Below, in pieces: positions 1 through 9,480 of a DNA stretch of 64,000 bases. Every line of letters begins with the position of its first letter. The first letter of the stretch is position 1. A program made the translations under genes and the position numbers. The stretch comes from an uncultured Methanosarcinaceae archaeon (GTDB taxonomy: Archaea; Halobacteriota; Methanosarcinia; Methanosarcinales; Methanosarcinaceae). The notes under the pieces were generated by a model that was not told the origin of the DNA, searched no databases, and saw only the letters and a list, made by a program, of their open reading frames with translations. The stretch spans positions 864,001 through 928,000 of the forward strand of contig CAWJYV010000008.1 in assembly GCA_963847185.1 (NCBI GenBank). Direction: 5' to 3'.

Positions 1-709
1 AGCAGGGGCTGAACGTCTTGTTATCACTGCTGCTACTGGAAAACCTGTGCTTACAACATGGCGCTTCGGATTAGGAAGGGTTGCAGCCCTCAGCACGGAC
101 AATGGAGAGGGTGAAAGTTCTCGTTGGGCATCTGCCCTTTACAACGGCTCCAGTGCAAAGCTTATTTCCGGCATGACCAACTGGGCAATAGCAAATCCAA
201 GGGCTGAAGAAGGGGCTGTTGTGGATAGTCCGGATACCTGGCTTGGAACTTCCTCCAACCTGACCCTTGTAATGTATGATGAGGGAATTCCCCAGCTGAA
301 ACTCGATGGAAACCCTCTTGATCTTGCTCTGACCGGAAGAAACACCTACGAGGCAACTGTAAATCCGGGAAGTGCAGGTATTCACGATATCTCCGGATAT
401 CCTCTGGCAGTAAACTACCCTCTTGAATATCGGGATATAGGGCTTAATAAAGACATAGAGCCTCTTATTCTTGCAACTGGTGGGAAGATTTACACTGAAA
501 AGGATGCAAGAGCCCTGCTTTTAAAAGACGCCAGGCAGAACTCTGAAAGGGAAGCAAGTGAACCTGTGAGCCTGAAGGTTTATGTCCTCCTCGCAGCACT
601 TGTCCTCTATCTCAGTGAAATTCTTGCCAGGCGCATAAAAGAAATGAGGAAGCTCCAGAAAGCGGAGAGTGCAGCGGAGGTAGGAGAACAAAATCCAACA
701 GGAGAATAA
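1..709 (+). CDS. C-terminal part of a membrane-anchored protein, probably of the archaeal VWA/glutamine-amidotransferase-like family; 5' end lies outside the window
   Basis: Frame open from the window edge; 'TTWRFGLGRVAALSTD' motif and a C-terminal hydrophobic helix (VYVLLAALVLYLSEILAR). Confidence 0.6.
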   Translation, partial: AGAERLVITAATGKPVLTTWRFGLGRVAALSTDNGEGESSRWASALYNGSSAKLISGMTNWAIANPRAEEGAVVDSPDTWLGTSSNLTLVMYDEGIPQLKLDGNPLDLALTGRNTYEATVNPGSAGIHDISGYPLAVNYPLEYRDIGLNKDIEPLILATGGKIYTEKDARALLLKDARQNSEREASEPVSLKVYVLLAALVLYLSEILARRIKEMRKLQKAESAAEVGEQNPTGE

Positions 710-763
710 ACCCTAAAAGGCTTATTCTCCTCTTTCAGGGGCGAAATTTCAGATTCTGCATGT

Positions 764-866
764 TTCTTGATTCAAGTTCTTGATTCAAGTTCTTGATTAA
801 ATCCTTGTTTTAAATCCTTGTTTTAAATCCTTGTTTTAAATCCCTGCTTCAAATCCCTGTTTCAAC
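764..866. repeat. Tandem array with 13-bp period (TTCTTGATTCAAG x2 grading into AAATCCTTGTTTT x3 plus 2 variants) between convergent genes
   Basis: Read directly from the sequence. Confidence 0.85.
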
Positions 867-877
867 TATTTAGAAAT

Positions 878-1474
878 TTATTGTAAATTCACCAGAAGAA
901 TCAGGGTTATCTGTCCAAAAAAACCTGAGAAAATGGGTATCACAAGGTTATCGTCAATTTTGTTTACTGCGGTTTCTGTAAGGGTTGCAAAAAAAGACAT
1001 TACAAGGGAAACAGCAGGATTTCCGGTTATCAAGAAGCCTATAAGGAAATCAACGATAAACTCGGAAACCGAACCTTCAATGGATTTATCGTTATTGAAT
1101 ATTTCTTTGAAAACTCTTCTCTTTCCATAGAATTTTCCTATCAGAGCTGCAGCCATATCTCCGAAAGTTGTCATAAGGATTGCAGCGTATGCTATTTCTT
1201 TGCTGAAGAGGGCTATTGCTGAAATTGCTCCCAGGGCAAAATGGATATGGCCTCCCAGACGATTTGCTTCCTGATCCCTGTACATAGTGTAAAAAAACGG
1301 TATTTCCATGCTTTTCTCCAGCCGGAGATAGTCGAGGAAAAGGACAGTTACCAGAAAAAGCATAAGCACCCATAGAACAGCCTCTTTTCCGAAAAATTCG
1401 TAGAGAAGTACGATAAAAATCGAGATCAAGTGTACACTTTTTCTCATGATTTCAAAGACAAATTCGGAGGACAT
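878..1474 (-). CDS. Dolichol/phytol (polyprenol) kinase family membrane protein
   Basis: RKSVH, FGDMAAALIGKFYG, KSIEGS and IDDNLVIP motifs; multiple TM helices. Confidence 0.85.
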   Translation of the reverse strand: MSSEFVFEIMRKSVHLISIFIVLLYEFFGKEAVLWVLMLFLVTVLFLDYLRLEKSMEIPFFYTMYRDQEANRLGGHIHFALGAISAIALFSKEIAYAAILMTTFGDMAAALIGKFYGKRRVFKEIFNNDKSIEGSVSEFIVDFLIGFLITGNPAVSLVMSFFATLTETAVNKIDDNLVIPIFSGFFGQITLILLVNLQ

Positions 1475-1537
1475 TATAGAGAGAGTTGTGAGAATAGCAT
1501 ATAAAGCTATATTACTCTCAATAAATGCTTAGTCTTC

Positions 1538-2605
1538 TTAAACCATTTTTTCAGAATCTCTCTGGAGTTCTGCCGAATCTTCTGTTAGTTTTTTAATCAG
1601 GTCCATGTCTTTGAGAATCTTCAAACTTACGATGCCTCCGAAAAGCAGGTTCATATGATATGTCAGAGCTCTCCAGGCAAGTACCGTAATCCCCAGGACA
1701 GATGAGTTTACGAACATTGAAAAGACAGAAACTGCCCCCAGTTCAGCGACTCCACTTGAGCCGGGAGTTGCGGGAACCAGTAAGACTACTGTCAGAAGTA
1801 CCTGAGCTGCAAAAGCGGCAAGTATAGAAGGTTTTTGTGAAAGGCCCATCAGGATAAGTACGAGCAGTGAAAAGTCCACAATCCAGAAAAGGAAAGTATA
1901 TATTATTCCCCAGATCAGCCCTTTTTTTCCTTCTGATAAAAAGATTTTCACACTATCATGGAAATTATCAATTTCCCTGTCTATTTGTTCCGCGAAATTG
2001 AAAAGCACATCATCTGTCCGTTTCCCTAAAAATGGAGCAAGCTTGCCTGCAAGCTTGTGAATTATATGTTTTAACTTTTCGGGCTTCCAGATTCCATATA
2101 CAAAGAAAAGAAGTATTATGAAAACCAGCGAGTTCGCTATTATTAAAGCTGCGTCGAATTGATAATTCAAAAACATGTCTCCCAGAATAAAAAGGGTAAA
2201 TGGTAGGCAAAGAAATATAAAAAGAGCATCAAGAAGGCGCTCACCTACAACAATTGCAGTTGCTTTACCCAGAGGGATTCCGTTCTTATTTAAAAGAGGA
2301 ACTCTCAGAAGTTCCCCTCCGGCAGAAGAAGGGGTGATTGCAGCCACAAAGGTACTTGAGACAATTATCTCTGTAGATTTCATCAAGCTAATTTTATAAC
2401 CAAGAGACTTACATAGAGACTGAGTCCGAAGGCTCCATATAATATAGAAAAGAATGTGGGACAGAGCTGCAGCCAGGAAATATTCCAGTCTGATTTTTCT
2501 CAGGGCTTCAAAAGTTTCCGAGTTAAATGTTAGATTAGTAAGCAGGGCAATTGATGCTGCGCTGATAATCAGTGTTGCAATAAGCCATTTTTTGTACCTG
2601 TTCAT
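1538..2605 (-). CDS. Flippase-like (UPF0104 / lysylphosphatidylglycerol synthase TM region) membrane protein
   Basis: ITPSSAGGE, GERLLD, TPGSSGVAE and WRALTY motifs; about 8-9 TM helices. Confidence 0.85.
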   Translation of the reverse strand: MNRYKKWLIATLIISAASIALLTNLTFNSETFEALRKIRLEYFLAAALSHILFYIIWSLRTQSLCKSLGYKISLMKSTEIIVSSTFVAAITPSSAGGELLRVPLLNKNGIPLGKATAIVVGERLLDALFIFLCLPFTLFILGDMFLNYQFDAALIIANSLVFIILLFFVYGIWKPEKLKHIIHKLAGKLAPFLGKRTDDVLFNFAEQIDREIDNFHDSVKIFLSEGKKGLIWGIIYTFLFWIVDFSLLVLILMGLSQKPSILAAFAAQVLLTVVLLVPATPGSSGVAELGAVSVFSMFVNSSVLGITVLAWRALTYHMNLLFGGIVSLKILKDMDLIKKLTEDSAELQRDSEKMV

Positions 2606-2951
2606 GGCAATCTATCTGGGTCCTTTTTAACAAAGTAATATTTCTATTTTTTTATAAAGTAATATCTACATTTGAAGGAGCTTTTAATATATATCAAATG
2701 ACAGAGCAGGAATTATGATGTTCATGTTTAAATTATTTTCTTATATTTTTAATAAGTTATTGAGGTATGGATTAAGAGAAGTTAAAAAATAAGTGAACAA
2801 TTTTGAAAAAAAAGTGATAGTTGAAGAAGGCAGCTTTATTGGAAAAGTTCAATTTGAATTCAGACTGAACCTGAGTTTTTAACTGATATTAACCTGAATT
2901 CAACTTTTCAATTCTAATCTGTTTTTAAGCTGCAATCTTTGATACTTGTTT

Positions 2952-4130
2952 TCAAGATCCTTCATGCGCAGTGTCATAATCGTAATTGATAACATTGTCC
3001 TTTATGCTGGCGTCCTTATCTATCTTTACTTCAGGCCAGATCTTAACTCCGGAATGTATGGTCGAGTTATCCCCTATACTTACTTTATGCCCGATAACAG
3101 TTCCGTTCTCAAGGGAGCAGTTTCCTCCGATAATTGTTTCATCTGCTACCACTCCTCCCGAAATATTGGAAGCTTTTCCAATACGCACATTATTAAAAAG
3201 GTAGGACGAGAGAATCTTTGAATTATTTTCAATTGTGCAGTTTGAGCCTATAACGCTGTAGGGTCCTATGAGGACATTGTCGCCTATTTTTGTGTTTTCC
3301 CCTATGACTATTGGTCCTACAAGGGAAGAATTCGAACCTATAGATACATTATTTCCTATGGATAGGGGGCCTCTTATTCTTGCATTTCTGGTTGTGAAAT
3401 TTCCTTCAATTGTTGTTCCGGGAAGGGCATCGAGCATCCAGCGCTGGGCCTGTCTGTAGGCGGCTGAACTCCCAACGTCAGTCCAGTTTCCCCGGACAAG
3501 CACCCCGTTAATTTTCTCATTAGCTGCAAGCAGGGCAGGAAACAGGTCTTTTGCAAAGTCATATTTCTTGTTCTCAGGAATCCATTCAAAGATTGAAGGA
3601 GAGCATACATATATGCCTGTACTTGCAAGATTACTGAATATCTGGCCTGCCTTGGGTTTTTCCAGAAAGCGGTGAATCCTGTTATTTATATCCATGTCGG
3701 CAATTCCAAACTCTCTTGGGTCGTCAATCGAAAGAAGTCCTATAGTCACAAAAGCATCGTTTGTCTCATGGAAACGGTACATTTCTCGAAGGTCGAGATT
3801 AAGGACATGGTCACCGCCAAGCACGATAAATGGCTCATTTTTCAGGTATTTTTCGGCGTTTTTGATTCCGCCTGCAGTTCCAAGCTTTTCTTTCTCGTAC
3901 ACATAATTGATATGTACCCCGAACATGTGCCCGTCCCCTAGCTGTTCTTCTATACTCTCTCCCATATATCCGAGAGTTATAACTATTTCATTGAATCCTT
4001 CTCTTGAGAGGTGTTCTATCAGGTGTAGAACTGATGGTTTATTGAGGATGGGTATGCTTGGTTTAGGGTGTTTGAAGGTTAGAGGCCTGAGCCTTGTCCC
4101 TGTCCCTCCGCACATGATACACGCTTTCAT
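2952..4130 (-). CDS. NDP-sugar synthase (mannose-1-phosphate guanylyltransferase-like) with C-terminal hexapeptide repeats
   Basis: GGTGTRLRPLT..PKP, LGTAG, FLEKP, WTDVG; left-handed beta-helix repeats. Confidence 0.9.
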   Translation of the reverse strand: MKACIMCGGTGTRLRPLTFKHPKPSIPILNKPSVLHLIEHLSREGFNEIVITLGYMGESIEEQLGDGHMFGVHINYVYEKEKLGTAGGIKNAEKYLKNEPFIVLGGDHVLNLDLREMYRFHETNDAFVTIGLLSIDDPREFGIADMDINNRIHRFLEKPKAGQIFSNLASTGIYVCSPSIFEWIPENKKYDFAKDLFPALLAANEKINGVLVRGNWTDVGSSAAYRQAQRWMLDALPGTTIEGNFTTRNARIRGPLSIGNNVSIGSNSSLVGPIVIGENTKIGDNVLIGPYSVIGSNCTIENNSKILSSYLFNNVRIGKASNISGGVVADETIIGGNCSLENGTVIGHKVSIGDNSTIHSGVKIWPEVKIDKDASIKDNVINYDYDTAHEGS

Positions 4131-4189
4131 ATTTTTCCCAAACGTTGTCTATGAATATATTGTTAACGATCTTTTTTCATTTCTGAAGG

Positions 4190-4600
4190 TTATTGATAAT
4201 GATTCTTCAAAAGGATATCTTCTTCTCTTTCCACTTTGATCTCTTTTTTTCCTTTGTATTCAGAAATGGTGCCGGTTACGCTAATGGCGTCTCCTTCCTG
4301 TATTGACATATTCAGAGCTTCAGCTCCTGCTGTTTTCGGGATAAAAACACTCATTACCTCTGAATTACAATCCACATCTAAAAGCAAATGTTCTCCTGTG
4401 TAGGTGAAGCGTTTGCTCAGAACTTCAGCTTCGAGAAAAACCTTCTCTCCTGAAACGGACTCCTGTGTATATTGTCTGGCTTCTCCCCCGGACTTTTGTC
4501 CGGTGCCTGCAAGTTCTGTGCCAAAGCAAACGTAAGCTGTTAAAAGAGAAGATAGTGTCATAATTAGTAAGACTATTACTACTTTCTCTTCTTTTTCCAT
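4190..4600 (-). CDS. Membrane-anchored OB-fold protein
   Basis: N-terminal TM helix; 'GDAISVTGTISEYKGKKEI' OB-fold signature; ATG at 4600 follows AGGTGG. Confidence 0.7.
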   Translation of the reverse strand: MEKEEKVVIVLLIMTLSSLLTAYVCFGTELAGTGQKSGGEARQYTQESVSGEKVFLEAEVLSKRFTYTGEHLLLDVDCNSEVMSVFIPKTAGAEALNMSIQEGDAISVTGTISEYKGKKEIKVEREEDILLKNHYQ

Positions 4601-4629
4601 ATTTACCACCTATCTCTACAGGCTTGGAA

Positions 4630-5103
4630 TCAGTTCACTATCGAGACAAGTTTTATTTCTAGAATCAGGGTTTTGCCTGCAAGTTCATCATTGAAATCAA
4701 GAGTAACGTGGGTTTCTGTGGATTTGAGTACTTTAACTTCTCTTCCTCCGGGTGTTACGATTTTTTGCCCTGTTTCAGGAGGAGTCTGAAGTTCGAGTTT
4801 CGAGAGGGGGATATCCTGAATAAGATATTTTTTATACTCTCCATAGGCATTCCCAGGTGAGATTTTCAGGGTTTTTTCTTCTCCTTCTCTCATCCCCAGG
4901 ACCGCAATATCGATGCCTTTTATGACCTGACCTGCATCTACCCTGAAAAACAGGGGTTTGTACTCTTTTTCTTCGCTGTATATTCCAGCTTCAATGGCTT
5001 TTTTCTTTACTGTGGTATCGAATAATGTCCCGTCTTCGAACTTTCCCGTGTAGTCAATAAGGATATAATCTTCTTTTTTCACAGTACGAGAATTCTCTGT
5101 CAT
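4630..5103 (-). CDS. FKBP-type (SlyD-like) peptidyl-prolyl isomerase
   Basis: DYTGKFEDGTLFDT, GQVIKG, AYGE, DFNxELAGK. Confidence 0.92.
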   Translation of the reverse strand: MTENSRTVKKEDYILIDYTGKFEDGTLFDTTVKKKAIEAGIYSEEKEYKPLFFRVDAGQVIKGIDIAVLGMREGEEKTLKISPGNAYGEYKKYLIQDIPLSKLELQTPPETGQKIVTPGGREVKVLKSTETHVTLDFNDELAGKTLILEIKLVSIVN

Positions 5104-5225
5104 TGTTTTCTCCTGTGCGCTCTTCTCTCAGCGTTTTCCTTTCATGAGAAGTACTATAGTGCCAGAAGGACCCCTGACTATCTTAATTATTCTTCAAACT
5201 TCAATTGATTTCCAAGAACTTAAGT

Positions 5226-5792
5226 TTATTCTATAGAGACAAGTTTTATATCAAAAATCAGAGCCTTGCCTGCAAGTTCATGGTTGAAGTCGATCATAGC
5301 ATGAGTTTGATTTATCTCGACTACGGTGACATTTCCATACATCGTCGGAATTTTCTGTCCGGGTGTGAGGTTTTCTACAGAAATGTTTTGTAACGGAACT
5401 GCGACAATCTTTGACTTGTTGTATTCTCCATAGGCTTCTTCAGGAGGAATTGTAATAGTCTTTTCTTCTCCTATTTTCATTCCTATTACGCCATTGTCAA
5501 AGCCCTTGATCATCTGGCCTGCGCCAGCAACAAAGGTTAGAGGGGAATAAGTTCTGTTAGCAGTGTATATATCGGCCTCTTTTGCAGTCTCTTCTATCGA
5601 GGTATCAAAAACCGTGCCGTCTTCTAGCTTTCCGGTGTAGTCCACCTGGACAGTGTCTCCAGCTTTTACTGCTCTGCTGTCATTTGTTTTGTTTACGGTT
5701 TCGTTCCCCTTATCTGCACAGCCGCTTCCAAAAATTATGCTTCCAATAAGCAGTATAGATATGAATAAAGTTACTCCTTTCCCTATCTTCAT
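5226..5792 (-). CDS. FKBP-type PPIase, predicted lipoprotein
   Basis: Signal peptide with lipobox FGSGC; DYTGKLEDGTVFDTS; DFNHELAGK. Confidence 0.92.
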   Translation of the reverse strand: MKIGKGVTLFISILLIGSIIFGSGCADKGNETVNKTNDSRAVKAGDTVQVDYTGKLEDGTVFDTSIEETAKEADIYTANRTYSPLTFVAGAGQMIKGFDNGVIGMKIGEEKTITIPPEEAYGEYNKSKIVAVPLQNISVENLTPGQKIPTMYGNVTVVEINQTHAMIDFNHELAGKALIFDIKLVSIE

Positions 5793-6280
5793 TCTTTTTC
5801 TGCCTCCTTAGAGACTATTCTGACCACAAATATCAGGGTCTTGCCTGCAAGCCTGTGATTGAAGTCCAAGACAAAGCTTTTTTCGTTTACTTCAGTGACG
5901 GTACCTGCCAGCCCATTATCAGTTACTAGCTGCATTCCGATTTCCGGAGTAAAATCAACAGCTTCAAGTGGCAGTTCCCTTGATAACTCTTCTCTGTATT
6001 CCCCATATGCTTCTTCTGGCGGGATCTTAAGGGTCTTTTCTTCCCCTTCTCCCATCCCGACAACTCCTTCGTCAAACCCTTTTATCATCTGGCCTGCACC
6101 AACGGTAAATGTAAGGGGTTTGTAGTCTCTCATTTGATTGTATGTCCCTGCCTCAATGGCTACTTCTTTTATGGAGGTATCGAAAACTGTACCATCTTCG
6201 AGTTTTCCCACATAATCAACGGAAATAAGATCTCCGTTTTCAACTATTTTACTGGAATCTTTTCTTATATCCTCGGCCAT
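5789..6280 (-). CDS. FKBP-type (SlyD-like) PPIase
   Basis: DYVGKLEDGTVFDTS, PPEEAYG, DFNHRLAGK; ATG at 6280 preferred over TTG at 6298. Confidence 0.92.
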   Translation of the reverse strand: MAEDIRKDSSKIVENGDLISVDYVGKLEDGTVFDTSIKEVAIEAGTYNQMRDYKPLTFTVGAGQMIKGFDEGVVGMGEGEEKTLKIPPEEAYGEYREELSRELPLEAVDFTPEIGMQLVTDNGLAGTVTEVNEKSFVLDFNHRLAGKTLIFVVRIVSKEAEKE

Positions 6281-6425
6281 AAAAATCAGTAAAGACAAAT
6301 GAGAACATGTTAGATAAACATGCTGATAAAGAAGGCCTCAGAAACGATTTATTCAGAATCTGAAGAGCTGGAAGCTCTGTAATTTTTAGTTCTTCACTTC
6401 TTTAATTCTTTGTCTTCTAGAAGAA

Positions 6426-6461
6426 CTCTTTGTTTAGCTCTTTGTTTAGCTCTTTGTTTTC
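6426..6461. repeat. 12-bp tandem repeat CTCTTTGTTTAG x3
   Basis: Read directly from the sequence. Confidence 0.8.
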
Positions 6462-6483
6462 TAATTGATTTTGGTGTTGGTTT

Positions 6484-7125
6484 TTAAGTTCTTTTTAATT
6501 CTTTTTTATACTCTACATATGAGTAAACAACTGTAATCCCTGCAGTAAAAAGGGCAGGTACGATGATGAAAAAGATAGCAAAGTCAGGAAATAAAGTTCC
6601 GAAGATAGAAATTATTCCTGCAGCCTTAAACAGTTTCCCTCCAAGCATGTTGGTTTTTTTCCACACTCTATCACTGCTCAGGGTCCAGGGAGTCCTGACG
6701 CCAATAAACCAGTTTCTTTCCGCATTTTCCATTAGAATTCCTATATAGTAAAACAGAATCCCCACTCCTGCAGGAAGCACGGCATTCGGACTGATCTGGA
6801 TTCCTATGTTCCAGAGAATTATCTGAAAATGGATAGCAACCATAAACAGAACAAAAATAATTATAAATCTGTCGTAATATTTCCTGAACTTTTCTATGTT
6901 TTCTTTCTTAGGGTCAATTCTGGGAATTATCAGGAATAGAGCTGCAAGGCCTGTGATTACTACAGGCATGAAAAAAAGTCCCCATAACTTCGACATATAC
7001 CCGTCTACTTCTCCTTTGGAGTTCCAGTGAGTTGCCATCTGCTCAGGAACCTGCGAATAGAAATGAATCGAAAGAATAAAGGAAATAAGGATAAGTCCTG
7101 CGACTATCAGGGTTGTTTTGCGCAT
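6484..7125 (-). CDS. SdpI/DUF1648 family membrane protein
   Basis: MATHWNSKGEVDGY, NWFIGVRTPWTLSSDRVWKKTN. Confidence 0.9.
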   Translation of the reverse strand: MRKTTLIVAGLILISFILSIHFYSQVPEQMATHWNSKGEVDGYMSKLWGLFFMPVVITGLAALFLIIPRIDPKKENIEKFRKYYDRFIIIFVLFMVAIHFQIILWNIGIQISPNAVLPAGVGILFYYIGILMENAERNWFIGVRTPWTLSSDRVWKKTNMLGGKLFKAAGIISIFGTLFPDFAIFFIIVPALFTAGITVVYSYVEYKKELKRT

Positions 7126-7675
7126 GTAAGGTTTTAGTATCCTTTCAGATATTTAAAAGTGTAGAGTATTAAAATGCATGAGATGCGTAGTATTCGCAAT
7201 TTACATGGTAAAATGTAGAGCTGGAAATCAAAATTTCAGGAATGGGAGTTCCATTTCCTTAAAACGTCATGCTATTTTACAGTAACCTTGTGGCCTTTAA
7301 ATGATCCTGTGATTTTCAAATGTTCTTATTCACACCCTCTGTGCGGTTCTTATTCTTAACCTGTTTGCGCGATGTTTTTCTCAGGTCTCATCCTGATTCT
7401 TCCTATTAATGCTGCAATTCCCCCAGAACAAGGAAAATCCTGTATGCCAGGGAAAGACAACTGCCTCTGCCAGGGGGTAATCAACAAGAGTATGCCAAGA
7501 GCTGAAAGGGAGTGTGGTCCGGCATAAAAGATGAAATCATCGAAATTTCATTTTCACTAAAGGCAAAAGGAAGAACTATGCTCATTATAAAAGAATAAAA
7601 TTCTAAAATTTAAAAGAGTAAATATCAAAAATTATGAAAGTTTCTACAAATTGCTTATTTAATTAGAAAAGATAA

Positions 7676-7747
7676 TGGACCGGTCGGGAATTGAACCCGA
7701 GGCCTCTACCATGCCAAGGTAGCGATCTTCCCCTGATCTACCGGCCC
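7676..7747 (-). tRNA. tRNA-Ala(GGC)
   Basis: Reverse complement GGGCCGG...CTACC-TTGGCAT-GGTAG...GGTTCAATTCC..CCGGTCCA; cloverleaf with G3:U70; CCA not encoded. Confidence 0.96.
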
Positions 7748-7971
7748 ATTTAGATATGCTTTGTCAGCACTCCCTCATACACTCAGTATCGTATATAAAA
7801 CTGTCGCCATGATGGCTCTGCTTCCTGTAAATAAATTTTAAAATCTGAGATAATTCCAATATTCAAGCAAAAGTTATAAGTAGTAAATCGAGTATTAAAA
7901 GTGTTGTCGGATTGGGATGCTTTCCCAATAAAAAGCCTTTAACTTCCGATAATTCAAAAAAACTTACTTTC

Positions 7972-8048
7972 GGGCCCGTAGCTTAGCCTGGTGGAGCGCA
8001 CGGCTGATAACCGTGAGGTCCTGCGTTCGAATCGCAGCGGGCCCACCA
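7972..8048 (+). tRNA. tRNA-Ile(GAT), copy 1
   Basis: CACGG-CTGATAA-CCGTG anticodon arm; GTTCGAATC T-loop; encoded CCA. Confidence 0.97.
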
Positions 8049-8111
8049 CAAATCAATTATCTCTTTTCGGAGAACTCTAAAAATCTTACTATTTATATAT
8101 CTCTTCATTCC

Positions 8112-8188
8112 GGGCCCGTAGCTTAGCCTGGTGGAGCGCACGGCTGATAACCGTGAGGTCCTGCGTTCGAATCGCAGCGGGCCCACCA
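8112..8188 (+). tRNA. tRNA-Ile(GAT), copy 2 (identical)
   Basis: Exact repeat of 7972-8048. Confidence 0.97.
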
Positions 8189-8310
8189 CAATTTCTTTTT
8201 AATTCCTATTTTTCTTTCGTTTTTCTGTTCTTTTTCACTGTTTTTTACTCCATTTACTCTGTTTTCATTTTCTAGGTGTTCTCCTGTTCCAATCTAAAAA
8301 CAAAATAAAT

Positions 8311-8615
8311 CACTGAAAGTGCAGAAAACGCGGAATAAAGAGAGCATGGACACAGTTTTTTTCAGCTCTTTCCATCTCGACTTGCGCCTCGGGAGTACGC
8401 TGTCTGTTTCGCCTTGCTCAAGCAGACTAATTCATGGTTTAGAATCCAGAATTTCACTTCGTGATCACAGGAAATCGGAGATTTTCTGGAAGTTGCGATG
8501 TAATCGCAACAGAATGAGGTCCTTTTCACCTTGAATTACGATTCAGGATCATGCAATCTTTTTGCTGCTCTCAAGAGGACTAACTTATGGGTGCGGTTTT
8601 TAGCGCTTTCCACGC
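8311..8615 (+). repeat. Dispersed multi-hairpin repeat (REP/MITE-like), two units
   Basis: Aligns by eye with 15127-15260 and with the reverse complement of 48765-48925. Confidence 0.8.
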
Positions 8616-9066
8616 TGATTTTTCTTTGGTTATAGAAACAAAAGCATATTTTTTGCATCCCTTAAAAGAGTGAAAATTTATGTTTTTCTGGCGTATGTAG
8701 TTTCTTTCTCCAAAAACTGAGTAAAGTGTGAAACTTACACCAAAAAACATAGTCTGATATTCGAATCCTGATAATCTGAAATTTGTATTGTGATAACTCG
8801 GATCCTGATAATTGAACCCTGATAGTTTGAGGCGTAATGGCTGAGTAAGTTTTCAAAAAAGTAAGCAATAAATGAACATTTGTAAAAAGCTTAACTTAAA
8901 AATGTTACCAAAGCAAAAAAGTTGACTAATACAAAAAAGTGTAGGGTAGGGGGAATCCCCTTTAAGACAGAATAGCTTTTAAACAGTAGAAATCGAGACA
9001 CTTTCGGTAATTACTTTCGGTAATATTGCATCTGACTTCAGGCCATTCCATTCCCTATCATAAATT

Positions 9067-9480
9067 TCAGGCAATGTGTTTCAGGCGTTCGATGTTCCTG
9101 AGCACAAGCTTGCTTTCGGCTATGATTTCTTCTTCGATCTTGCTGACAATACGGTCCATAGAGACTGTTAGCCTGTACAGCTTGATCGGTCTGCCTTTAC
9201 CTTTCGATTTTTTTTCTTCCCGAATGTAAATCCAGTCATTTTCGCGGAGGTACCGCATAGCAACACTGACTTCCGGTTGTCTCAGGCCTGATACCATTTC
9301 AATGCTCTGGGAAGATATTTCCCTTCCTTTTGCAAGGCAGGCGAGGGTAAGAGCAATTGGCCTGCTGACATTAATTCTTCTAAATAATTCAATCATTTCA
9401 TATTCTTTTGATCCCATTATGAGAGGGATCTCATCGTGTACGTTAGCAATTTCCATTGCTAAACCACTTTCATCTACCAT
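9067..9480 (-). CDS. Winged-helix transcriptional regulator (ArsR-like archaeal family)
   Basis: SGLRQPEVSVAMRYL helix and GKGRPIKLYRL wing; GGTGA RBS. Confidence 0.88.
   Translation of the reverse strand: MVDESGLAMEIANVHDEIPLIMGSKEYEMIELFRRINVSRPIALTLACLAKGREISSQSIEMVSGLRQPEVSVAMRYLRENDWIYIREEKKSKGKGRPIKLYRLTVSMDRIVSKIEEEIIAESKLVLRNIERLKHIA

Noticed and set aside
7983-8189. 68-aa minus-strand ORF with an internal repeat
   Set aside because: Antisense reading of the two tRNA-Ile genes
7676-8620. Integrated element at the tRNA cluster
   Set aside because: No integrase, no partial tRNA att duplicate and no cargo genes
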